In this document: positions 46,267 through 59,654 of the stretch, piece after piece
Position numbering within the stretch: position 1 is the stretch's first letter
Layout of the letters: every line of letters starts with the position of its first letter
Assembly: GCF_006345805.1 (NCBI RefSeq)
Contig: NC_042999.1
Span: forward strand, 77,376,001-77,440,000
DNA from: Octopus sinensis
Taxonomy: Eukaryota
Direction: 5' to 3'
DNA length: 64,000 nt
The notes under the pieces: generated by a model
What the model was told of the DNA's origin: nothing
The model's input: only the letters and a program-made list of their open reading frames with translations
Database searches by the model: none
Position numbers and translations under genes: made by a program

Positions 46267-49200
46267 GTAAGTACAACAATATTTTACTACTTTAACAAAC
46301 ACACACACACACACACCTCCCATTCATCATTGTCTTACAGGCCATCATGGATGAGTTTAAGACTGGCCGTCCATGTAAACTCCTATTTTTGATCATCGAG
46401 TTTTGATAACTGAATTTATCAGTGAAAATTCCAGGCATGGAAGCTAAACCTAGAATAGAGAGGTCCAAGATACACTTAGTTAAGATAAAGGTTTTAGTGC
46501 GTAGGAAAGAAGACAGAACTGTAGTATTTTCAGAGAAATGGCCTTGCTCAATAGGCAGAAAAGGAGTTGGCAAAAACTCAAACTGTGCAACCAATGACAA
46601 TAATGATGATGATTCTGAAAATATTATATATATCATATTCATGAATTAAAAAATGATAATAATAATAGTAATACTGAAATTATTGTGTATAATGCTCAGG
46701 TGCACTACAACTTATCAAAGGTGCATGTATAGTACATAGAATTATGTACAAGTGTCAGGAAAGTGAACAGTGTATGGGTCATGATATACATTTATGCATG
46801 CATATGAAGGTGGGGATATCAGGTATAGTGTTGGCAAATTTCAGGTAGCATGGAGGCTTTAAAGGATGCAATATCTCTGCAACTAACAACAGATGCAGGT
46901 AGTTTGTTCTATGCTTCAGCAACTCTGAGTGTGAAAAAAATGTTTCTGAAAGTCATGGGAGCTGTGCTCTTTTCTGATTTAGTAGGCATGCCCATGTGTG
47001 TTAGACACAAGAGCTCAAAAAGGTGCTCAAGGTGGTTGTTGGTACAATGGTTAATAACGTTGTGGATGTTTACCAAGTCAGTTGCCATACATCAGAGCTT
47101 CAATATATTTATGCCCAGGGAAGCAAGGCATTCAGAGTATGGTAGATGCCTGATGGAGGGTATTTACTTGGTTGCATGTATCTGAACAGTTTCTAGATGG
47201 GAAATAGCAAGATAGGGGTTCCAGACTGGTGATGCAAATTCCAAATGTGGCTGCACCATAGCCATATATAGTCTTAAATAGATAGCTGTAAAGCAGCTAC
47301 AAGATTTATCTTGTAGGATATATTTAGTATGGAAAGGCAGTGAGCTGGTAGAAACATTAGCATGCCAGGCGAAATGCTTAGCAGTATTTTGTCTATCTTT
47401 ACATTTTAAGTTCAAATTCTGCCAAGGTCGACTTAACCTTTCATCCTTTCAGGGTTGATAAAATAAGTACCAGTTGCATACTGAGGTCGATCTGATCAAC
47501 TGGCTGTCTCCCCCAAAATTTCGGGCCTTGTGCCTAGAATAGAAAAGGATTTGTTTAGTATGGAGGTCTGGGTTGGGTGAAATACAGAGGCAATAAAATA
47601 TTCACAACTCAGTATGGTGAAAGGCCAAGAGTGAAAGTTCTCAGTAAAAAGTGTTGTTTGTCAATTAGCGGAATTCTTTTTTTCCTCTTGAGTGATGTTT
47701 TTGATACTTGTTATTGTGGAGTCCTTGATTATCTCTGGTCAAGCAGATCTGTTACTAAAAGTTCTCCACCTATGGCCATCTTAACTTTTATTCAAGTACA
47801 CTGCATCTAGGCCTACATTATTCACTGTCCTTGCTTTATTTTAATATAGTGGGGTATGATTTGAAAAAAAACTTGGCTGCTATTTCTAGCTGGTTGAGAA
47901 GCTTCCTTATTTGCTTATCTCTGATGCTAGTGATCAAAAGAGGGGCATGTTACAAATATAGGAGAAAAACTCCTTAGTGGGAAATATTTAGGGTATTTAT
48001 TATGTAATCACTGTGTATTGATTCAAAACAATTTTTCTTTCTGTTCCCAGTACCCCTTTGATTAAGTTAAAACAAGTGAGTAAAGAAACAGGTAAGTTAT
48101 TGAATCTTCTATTATTATTCAATATTATTGGTATTTGTAATGTTTACTGAATCTCTAATATTGTTGATCTATAAATACTCACTCACTGCTTCTTGATTGC
48201 ATTCCAGGTTGTGAGATCCTTGCTAAGGCAGAATTTTGCAATGGAGGTGGTTCTGTTAAAGACAGAGCAGCTTATTACCTAATAAAAGATGCTGAAAAAA
48301 AAGGTATGTATATTGATTTATTTCAGAAGCACAAGATCCAAATTAAAGTTTTAGAGAAAGGAATTTTAAGAGTTGGTCAAGAGAATTTTATGGTTCTTAC
48401 TTTACTGACCTTTCTCCAATTCTTCAGAGAGAGATGGAAGATGATCTGAGTAGGATTTGAATATGAGATTGAAAGTGGATTAGATTGTAATCTTCCTTCA
48501 GACTATTACCCTTATCTTCAAAGTTGAAATACTTTTAAATATTTACATCTGACACAGTCTCTTATTTAGCTGGCATTATGACAGGAGAGAGACAGACTGA
48601 TAAAGGTGGTGATAGAGGGAGATTGAATATAGCTAGATCTAGTGCCATCTTTTGTTGTATGTGTGTATGTTTGTGTGTGTGTGTATATGTGTATGTACGT
48701 ACGTATGTATAAAGCTAACATGCAAGAGAGAAGTTAATACAGATGCTGATATGTGATGTCTATAGAAGGAAGCAGCTACATCAAACCTTGTCATGTTTTG
48801 AGAATCTTAAATTGGCTCCATTAAAAAGTCTCTTGAAATTTTGGGTGATGTGTTCTGCTTTAAGCTTTTATGGGCAGAATGTATTTCTTCCAAAAGTAAC
48901 AGTTGCGCAGTGTTTTATAACAGTATGCAGATTTCCAAACTAGTTGAATACAGAATACACCATCTAAAATGTATATCTGAAGCATCATGGAATACATCTG
49001 TCTATGAATGCTTTACATAGCATACTCATCGAATTCAACTCATTTCAGAGGATAACACACCTCAATTGAGACCAAATATCTTGCTATCAATAGTTTATAC
49101 AAACATAAACAAGTTGCTGCAACAACATTGCACAAAAGGCTCAGGCTGTGGTACATTGTGTATCAAAGTTATGCACAAAGGCTATGGTATATTGTGTACC

Positions 49201-52200
49201 AAAGTTATGCCAATACTACTATATGGAAGATATATAAGTTCCAACACTTTCACAGCTGCACATCAACTTTAGTTCTTGATGAACAGAGCTTCCTGCATGC
49301 AGCTATGTGGAACTTATTTCTCACCAGAAATATCTCAGCCAACAGCATACAAACTTTAAGAAGTTGAATGTACAAATACCACTTCTCAGTTTTTCATTAA
49401 AAAGTGCAGTGAATCAGTGACTAACCCATTGGACTCTTCTTTGTGTTCAAGTTTCCAATGAGGTTCATTAATGCTTATAATAATTCTTTTTACTATAGGC
49501 ACAAGGGCTGAAATTTGGGGGAGAAGGGACCAGTTGATTACATTGACACCAGTGCTCAACTGATATTTATTTTATCAACCCAAAAAGATGCTAATGATTC
49601 TGCTAGCTCACCACCTTAATAATATAATAATAATAGATGAGCATGTGTATAACTGTACCTTGATTAAATAATATATATTTTCATTAATAAAGGACAACTT
49701 AAGCCTGGAGGTACAATTGTGGAAGGCACTGCTGGAAATACTGGAATTGGCCTTGCACACATGTGTCTTTCTCTTGGTTATAAATGTGCAATTTTCATTC
49801 CTGATACTCAGTCCAAGGTTAGTATAACTTCTAATTCTTCAATCTGTGTATGTATGAGGTTAACTTAGTCTTCTACAAGTATGAAACTTCTCATTTATAG
49901 AGGTACATGAAGTGTTAAGTTTAAGTTCATGAACACCATAAAATAGGAGGTAAGTTTTTAACAGTAGTCTGACTTGGTTCTACTTCCTAATTGAGGTTCT
50001 TTTCCCTTCATGTAGATTTTTAAAAACTTTCACAGAGAACTTGAACATAAGAATTCCCATTTATTAGTCCCTCTAAAAATCTTAAACATCAGATGCGCTT
50101 GTATATGTGCACATTGTGTAGGTGTTGCAAATATGGGGGGAAATAGCTCTAGATTGCAGATTTTGTTTTTAGTTGTATACATTTAAAATCTGGTTCATAA
50201 AACTTTTTGAAAACATGGTCAGTTAAATAATGTTGGATGTCCTTCATGCTATTAACAGAACTGTGCATTACAGATGCTACAAATTGATACTACCTGGCAA
50301 AAATGTGTGTTACATTTTTGCTTTGTTTTGTCTAGTCTGGAAGAAGGTGCTAAACTCAAGGCCTTTGCAGGTTCAACTAGACCTGTGAGAATGGTGAGGC
50401 TAATGTTATTCTTGAATAGTTGACTGCATAAAAAGCATTGACAGAGGGGGAATTCTAAAGGACTAACATTCTGAAGAAGGATTGAGAACAGTGGTTTTGG
50501 ATAAGAAGGACTGGCTTGGGTGGAGTGTAAATATAATGTAAATGATGAGAGATGGACTGACAATTGAGTTAAGAGCACCTGAGTTCCGGTGACATGACAT
50601 CAGCCAACTCTAAAGAGCGAAGACCACTTATGTAGTTGAGAGAGAAGACAGCATGTTTGTGGGTCAGAGTTTGGAGTGTATTGGCAAATGATATTAGATC
50701 TAACAGTTGAGTGGCCATTTTTAATACAGTCTAGAATGTCTGTGTAGTAAGAGCAGTGTCCTAGATGTGGGAAGTCATCTCTACCACCTAACATCAGCCC
50801 AGATTCTATTCAAGCAATAATAACTACTATTATATACAAGCAAATATCAAGTAAGTTGCATTATATACAAATTTTACACGATGTACCACACATGTAATGG
50901 GTTAAATAATATAAGGATATCTATTTGATCAATGCTCTAAAATAATTTTGAGCTGAAAAAATTCATCGGTCTGATAACTGAAGGATTATATTTAAACTTG
51001 AGGTTATTACAGTGTACATGCATCTTCATCATCATTTTAACACCCAATTTCTTATGCTTGTATGAGTCAGAGGAAATTTCTTGAGAGATATTCTACAGCT
51101 GGCTGTCCCTCTTGTTGCAAAACTTCATATGATTTCAAGTAAGGTGATATATTCCTTTATATCCTTCAGATATGAACAGCACTATTGTCAGACACGTTTT
51201 CATGAATGATTGCAAATTAACGATACAGCTTGTATGATGGTGATGTTTGTTGGCAACTATTATGCAATGCTATGACAAGAAGACAAAACACACTCATACA
51301 GTTAGTTTCCAACTATGAAATTTGCTTACAAGGCTTTGGTTGGATTGTCCCTGAGTTATAGCAGAAGATAGTTACCTAAAGAAGATATTTATACACAGTA
51401 TTACTGAAACCACAAGGTGGGAGAACAAACTTGTTAATCATACAGCTATGCCCAAACCTGTACATATGAATTTAGAGTGAATCTTCTGAAGAGGAAAAGG
51501 AAACATTTTTGGTAACAATTTTGTTCCTTATTCGTTTTTCTTCACAACATTGGTAATCCCAGTTCAATTAATTCCTGGTGAATTTATTTTCTAAATTTGA
51601 GTGGCTGTGTGGTAAGAAGCTTGCTTCCCAACCACATGGTTCTGGGTTCAGTCCCACTGTGTGGCACCTCGGGCAAGTGTCTTCTACTATAGCCTTGGGC
51701 CAACCAGAGCCTTGTGAGTGGATTTGGTAGACAGAAACTGAAAAGAAGGCCGTCATATATATATGTATATATTTGTGTGTCTGTGTTTGTTCCCCTGCCA
51801 TCGCTTGACAACTGATGTTGGTGTGTTTATGTCTCCATAACTTAGTGGTTAGGAAATAGAGACTGACAGAATAAGTACCAGGTGTACAAAGATTAAGTCC
51901 TGGGGTTGATTTGTTCGACTAAAGGCGGTACTCCAGCATGGTCGCAGTCAAATGACTGAAATAAATAAAAAAAATAAAAGAATATTCAAAGTATGTATTT
52001 CTTTGCCCACATGGTTCAATATTTTTTTTAATTAGTATTAAAGCATTAAGCTTTAATTATCCAAAACACAAATGTAACATTTTTCACCAATAGAAAGTAC
52101 ATAGCATCTAAAGATGAATAATATGAAAAACAATTTGTTCTAAAAATATTTTACAAAATTATTTATACAGTTCTATATTTAAGAGATGAGGAATTATGTA

Positions 52201-54556
52201 CATTATTTACATTTAACAGATATTAGTCCTCATCTTGTTTGTTGTTAATACAACATTTCGGCTGATATACCCTCCAGCCTTCATCAGGGGTCTTGGGAAA
52301 ATTTCAAACCTGGGTTCTCATTCCTAAGGTATTATTCGATGTTATTATTATTATTATTATTATTATTCAGGTCACTGCCTGGAATTGAACTTGGAATCTT
52401 GGGGTTAAGAGCACAGGCTACTAACTCCAAGATTTTGAGTTCGATTCCAGGCAGTGACCTGAATAATAATAATAACATCAAAAAATACCTTAGGAATGAG
52501 AACCCAGGTACAAATTTTCCCAAGACACCTGATGAAGGCTGGAGGGTATATCAGTCGAAATGTTGTGTTAACAAACAAGATGAGGACAAATATCCATCAA
52601 AAGGTAAATAATGAAAATTATTTATGTTTGATAGATATGATTTGTTGCATTTATGTTATTTTCAAGATTTCATGCTTACTAATACCAGACACACTGGATA
52701 AATCAGGTAATTCTTCTGTAGAATGATATAATTTTAGTTTTGCTTCAATTATATGAAATTCACAGAATTTTACTGTAAGGCTCTTGTCTACTTTTTCTAG
52801 GAAAAGCTTGACATGCTTAAACTTCTTGGTGTGCAGTTATTCCCTGTTCCTGCTGTACCACTTACTGACCCAAATCACTATAACCAACAGGTGAGATGAA
52901 GACATATCTCTCTTTCTTCCTGCTTCTTTCTTCTTGTATGGTGAAAAGAGCTGTGTCAATGACCCATTAGTTTAGTTTGGCTGTCTTCACAGACACTTCA
53001 GTGATTTCACACAAGCATGCCATCCCTCACTGTCCTCCATGCATGTTCTTAATTTATCAACATTTGTCATTCCACTGTTCTGAAGCAAGTTGTCCACATA
53101 GACTAGACATTTTCTTCCTCTGTTGATTCTTCCTTCAACTGACTTCCATAAAACCAGTTGACACATAGGTTCTTCTGGATGCCTGATGCAATGACTAGCA
53201 GCTCTCATTTTTCTCTGCTGAATCTTCTCAGTCACTCTGGGTAGATCTTGATAAAGCTGCTTGTTATTTAAATGAGCTCACCATGTAACATTCAGAACCA
53301 TTTTTAACATTCTTTTGTAACAGCCATTTATTTGTTTTTCAAGCTTTTTGGTAAGGGTCCAAGTTTCAGCACCATATTACAAAACTGACTCTATTGTGGA
53401 GACAAACAACCTATTTTCAATTTACATGCCATCTTAGAACTCCAGATTTTATGCAGTTTGTAACACACACTCCGAGTAAGTGCCTTCTGTACAGCAAAAT
53501 CCTTTCTGTTTTTTGCAAAGAGGTGATTTGGTTGCTTATGATTTTGATTGAATGTCTGGTATTCAGTCTTATCTGAATTATGGTACAGGTCAACCTTTGC
53601 AGCTTCAAGTTCTAGTCTGTTGAGCATTTTTTGTAACTAATGTATCTCTTCAGAGATAAAAGCAATATCATCTGCAAAGTCAAGATCTGTAAGTATCTTT
53701 GGTGTAACTCATCTACTTCATCTTTCCAGTTTAAATCCCAGTTCTTCCTCTTTTCCTTCTAAGGTCTTGTGCATCACATAGTCTAGCACCAGAACAAACT
53801 GCAAGAATACTTCAAAGGGATAGACTTGCACCATATTAGTGACCTGTGAAAAACTCAACCAGTAAAAATGAGAAAAATCATACAATGTTGTCTTCTGTCA
53901 TATTTTTTCTTAAAATTTTTAATGAATTCCATATTGTTTCCTGCTGCAGGCACGAAGGTATGCTGAAAGTATAGAGAATGCTGTGTGGACAGACCAGTTT
54001 GATAATCTAGCAAACCGACTTGCTCATATGGAAACAACTGGACCTGAGATATGGCGAGAAACTAGTGAGTGTATGCTACAGTGGAATTATTCACAAACAT
54101 GTTGCCTTCAGGCATGCATGCTTGCTTACTTCAGATTTTAAGAATTTTAGTTAATTTTATTGCACTCAGAGGTCACATTATGCTTGAATATATATGTATG
54201 TAGCATCATCATCATATCTGCTTTCTATGCTGGCATAGGTCATCACTGTTTGAGTCATTTATTGGAAGCCACTACTCCTATAGCCTAGTGCTTGTATGTG
54301 TCATTTTATTTGGTTTCTATGGCTGGTTGTTGTTCCTATTGCCAATCACTTTACACAGTGTTCTGAGTGCATTTTCTCATGACACCAATACCTGGCAGTT
54401 TGAGAGACAGAACCATAGGGACCTCACAGCTCCATACACTCTTTACTCATCTGCTAACCACTTTTCAGAGTGTACAGGGTGCATTTTTCATGGCTCCAAT
54501 ACTAGAGAGGTTGTCATGCTCACTACTCTTACCAGAGGGAAATGATTTGTGTGTGT

Positions 54557-54622
<66 letters not shown>

Positions 54623-57600
54623 GAAGAAGGAGCACACTCTAAAGCATTAGAACAGTAAGGTATTTTTTAGGAAGTTAAAAGTTATGGTCAGTTTCACACC
54701 TATAAAGCAACGAGCAGTATAGACAACTCATCAGACTCAAACGGCTGAAGGCACATAACCTATCTCCAGAAACTGGAGGAAGAAATACATAACAGTCAGT
54801 TGGTTTTGTAAATAAAAAATAATTGCCCTGGCTTAGCGGGACAGGGTTATCCCCCTTTACATCAGCTCCGGCCATGGTGATATTTAAAGGAGCTGTGGAG
54901 GGAATATTCAACAAATGGAGAATTCCAAGTCTGAAGCAGGAAATGTTTTAGGTGTGGGCATTGGCTGAATAATTCATTCCTGGAGTTTAAAATGTTCCTC
55001 AGATTAAACAAGTTTATTAGGTTTTTTGCCCTCTCAGCCAAGCAAAGCTTACATTGTTTGTTCCCATTTATATAAGCCCCTAGTTGTTTAAGGAACTTCC
55101 ATTTAATTATGTATAGGGTTCCTTTCTCTTTTAAGCGCCATACAAGGCTGGCCAGGGACATGATGTTGTGCCTTTCTGGTATCCTAAAAGAGGACCTATG
55201 GCCATTCAAAAGTTGCTTAAATGGGGACACGGTTGAACTGACACATTTTTGTGTCTGTGCATTGAATGTGTTACCACTGCCAATGGCTATTTCATTAACT
55301 CTAGGTCTAATGCAATTGTTGTAGCTGGAGTTTTGCCAATGCTGATATTCCTCAACATGATTCTGGTGGTTCTGCTGTTGCTGATTTAGCAGCTCATTTC
55401 CAGCCACAAAGTTAGTGCTGCTGCTTCTTTGTAACTGTTGGTATTGTTGTCTCTGCTGCTTGAAACACTGTTGTTGCCACCACTGTTACCGTTACCATTG
55501 TTGTCAGTGGTTGCATCATTGCTGCATATGCTGTTACTCTGGCCACCACTGTTGCTGCTGTCGTTGTCATCATTGGTGTTGTTAGCAATGCACTTTCAGC
55601 CATTTGAGTCTGACAATTTGCTTATGCTGCTAAGTGCTTTATATATATTTACATGCAATACGTGGTGGTGATGATAATACACACACAAACACACATATAT
55701 ATATGCTAACTACTCTTGCCTTTATCTCACTACCCACCTTTATACCACTAGAGTACCCTCTAGCCATTCTTCCTCCTACTACTCTCCTGCATTCAAACTC
55801 TACTCTTACCTGCAATCTTTATTGTACCCTCCAGCCACTTTTTCCTTATTGCTCACATTGCATTTACCCTCTGCCTCATTTTCTATCACTGCCTTCTTAC
55901 AACTTCTCTGTCTCCTTAATACCTTCACTCAAACTGCCCTCTCTGTCCTTAACCATTGACTCCAAGCTTTTGAAGACCTCTGGAATAACCCCACTCTTCT
56001 TTTCTGAAAACAAGTAAGGGTGACAGGAAGGCATAATCCTGCCTTAAATAACTCCCTCACCAAACCCATGATAGCATAGAAAAAAGGACATTAAACAAAT
56101 AAATAAGCATATATAAAGGAAACGCACAACAGTATAAACATTCTAGAAATGCAAAGAACTCACGACATTGATATAGTGTAGTTTACAGATTTATCTGAGA
56201 CCTATTGAGTCAAGTACATCAACAGCAATATCAAAATCAAATCAAATGGAAATTATAGTTGTGAGCCCGTGCAGGTGGCACGTAAAAAGCACCATCAAAA
56301 TGTGACTAATGCCAGTGCCGCTTTCACTGGCTTCTGTGCCGGTGGCATGTAAAAAGCACCATCTGATTGTGGCCAATGCCAGCTCCTCTGGCCCCTGTGC
56401 TGGTCGCACGTAAAAAGCACCCACTACATTCTTGGAGTGGGTGGCATTAGGAAGGGCATCCAGCTGTAGAAACACTGCCAGATCATATTGGAGCCAGTGT
56501 AGCCTCCTGGCTTCCCAGATCTCAGTTGAACTGTCCAACCCATGCCAGTATAGAAAACAGATGTTAAACGATGATGATGATGATGATGAAATTATCTAGA
56601 TATTGAATATAATTTTCATGTTTTACTGGTTTTTATTGAATCCTGATACCAAAGCTCTGGAGACAGTCCTTAGTTTTATGTTATAATTTTGTACTGAATT
56701 GTGTTACGAGTATAACCCCAGCAATAAGTAAGTTATTTTACTAAGTTCTTTGTTATTTTCAATATTAATTGAAACAAAGGCAGTTTATTAAAAAAAAAAA
56801 TAATATAATGGAAAGGCTAAGCAATCAATGAAATAAATGAAACTATTTCAGATTGCTACATAGAATGATGATAAATTATGAACTTATTGAATTATGAAAC
56901 TTGACAATTTAAAACTTTTAGTTATTAAATGCTGGTGTACAAGGTTAACATCAGTCATTTGTACGATAATCTTTTTGATATACGACAAGAACATTTTATA
57001 TTAACTTAAATAGAGTGTGGATTAATGTATTTTCCAACTATTCAGTTTTCAGCCATTTAGTGAGTTAAAATATTAAAAAAAAATATTTTGATTTTGGGCT
57101 GACAAAAAGATATTGACTCCGAAATGTATTCAAGATAAAGCCTTTGTGAAACGATATATTCATTTTCTCTGAGAAACAAGTGAAAGTCACAGCCTTTGTT
57201 ACGTTATTGTAATGTAGTCCAAGGTATTTTGATGAACATATGTTTAAAGATTTTCCTGGATTTCTAAAAGAATACTGAAGCTGATTAAATTGTCCTTTAA
57301 ATTTTATTTCAGCTTAACCCAACTAAAGTGAATTATTTGTTGTAAGTACTGTGGCATAATAAACTATAGGTTTTGAAAGATTTGAATTGGTTAACTAACA
57401 ACTGAATGGTAAATAATAAATGAAGACTGTTGTTTAAGAATTTTACTATTGATGCTTGCTGTTTCTGTGATAAAATTGTGTACAGCTTAAGCTAAAATTA
57501 ACATTAATTCTATTAAAAATTATAGAATATCTATATTTTTTAATCATATTTATATTATTCAATTGTAGATAAAAAAAAAAGTGATTAACAACACATATAC

Positions 57601-59615
57601 TAGTATTGACTTTTAAACCAAATGATTTTGTGTTTTATATTTTTTAAGTGTCTGAAAATTATTATTATGTTTAACTAATTTATCTGTAAACCTGCTTCAT
57701 TTTAATGCTTCATTCATCATCATCATCATCGTTTAGCGTCCGCTTTCCATGCTGGCATGGGTTGGACGGTGCAACTGGGGTCTGGGAAGCCAGAAGGCTG
57801 CACCAGGCCCAGTCTGATCTGGCAATGTTTCTACGGCTGGATGCCCTTCCTAACGCCAACCATTCCATGAGTGTAGTGGGTGCTTTTTACGTGCCACCTG
57901 CACAGGTGCCAGACAAGTCTGGCAAACGGCCACGGTCGGATGGTGCTTTTTACGTGCCACCGGCACGGAGGCCAGGCGAGGCTGGCAAATGGCCACGATC
58001 GGATGGTGCTTTTTACGTGCACGTAAAAAAAAAGCTTCATTGTAATAAGGAAATGCTTTGTTGAAGGAAGATTTATCTGTCAGGTGAGATACTGGATAGC
58101 TGTGTTCTAATATTTCTTACGAAATCACTTAGGCCTTTGAAAGGTCTGCCTACGCAATAAACCAATTTCATTAACTAACAACAAACTCTTTTTCCATTTC
58201 AACTCACAATGGAAAAATATATATAGCTAAATATTTGTAACTGTGTAATAATACATTTTATGCTGCTGCTTTTTAAGATTTTTAATACAGCTTAAGGAAC
58301 TCTAGTACTATCTTTGTGGGACCCATATGGTTCCCAGATGCCAGGATGGGGACACTACAATAGGGGTTTGAAAACAGTCAAACCTTGTGTAAAAAAAAAA
58401 GAAAAAAAAAGAAGAGAAGTGAAGGTCTGATCTAGATAATGGAATATTATTTCTTAATTAATATTAGAAGTTAAACATTGTATAGGTGCAAGTGTGGTTG
58501 TATATTTAAGAAGTTTGCTTCACTGCCACATGGTTCCAGGTTGACCAAAGTCTTGTAAGTGGGTTTGGTAATTTTGGTTGATGGGAACCATTGTGTGCAT
58601 GTGTGTGTGTGTATGAAAAAATATCTAGTACATTCTGTAAAATGGTTGGCATTAGAAAAGGCATCCAGCTGCAGAAATCATGCCAAAGATGGCATTGGAG
58701 CTAACACAGCTCTGCAGCTCACTGGTTCCCTGTCAAACCATCCAACCCATGCCAGATGTTAAATGGTGATGATGATGTGTGTGTGTGTGTGACTCCTTGT
58801 CTTGGCATCACATGATAGTTGTAAAAAGATAGTCACTGTCCTACAAGCAGTGTCATTCATTTCCATTATCCTCCTAAAGCATGTCTGGCCATGAGAAAAT
58901 AAAACCTTGCTTGGAAACAGGTGAGGGTTGATGACAGGAAGAGCATCCAGTCATAGAAAATTTGCCTCAATAAAATTCCGTCTGATCTGTGCAAGCATGG
59001 AAAAGTGCTCAAAACTTTTGAAGTTGGTATTTAGTTGTTATCCTGCTCTGAGTAAACTTCTTCATTTTTACAAAAAATAAGTCTTTAATTACACATCGAC
59101 CTTGTTACTGTTGTATTAAAATTTTTTCCATTATTTTCTAGAGGGTAGAGTTGATGCTGTCACATTTGCATCTGGAACTGGTGGGACATTTTCAGGTAAT
59201 ATCTTGCTAAAAATATTTCAATTGCAGTGGTTTTGTTTTTTAACAACTTATAATTGTGAGGCTTTGACAATGCATAAAAGACACCTCAACAAGAAACACA
59301 CTTCTGTTTCATTCCACAATGTGTGCCCGTATGCATAAATCCCTCCCCACCCCATATATGTGTGTGTGACATAATTGCCTGATGACTCTTCTATTTCATT
59401 TCACAATGTGTGCCAGTATTCATAAATACATTACCCCACCACATGTGTGTGTGTATGTATATGTGTGGTAACTTGCTTGAAGACCCTGTGCATCCACTGA
59501 CGTAACTCAGAATAGCAAGAGATTGACTCAACCAAAATACATCTATTTCTAATCTCTACTATTGTATTGAGTATTTTTTTAACCTTTTTTCTGATAGTTA
59601 ACATTAAACAACAGG

Positions 59616-59654
<39 letters not shown>

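Noticed and set aside
52404-52460. tRNA gene
   Set aside because: Only D-loop, anticodon-like and T-loop remnants; no acceptor stem. Treated as a SINE-type head.
55412-56017. ORFs rich in T/A/V or L/P/S
   Set aside because: Low-complexity (GTT/GCT)n and pyrimidine-rich repeat-derived sequence.
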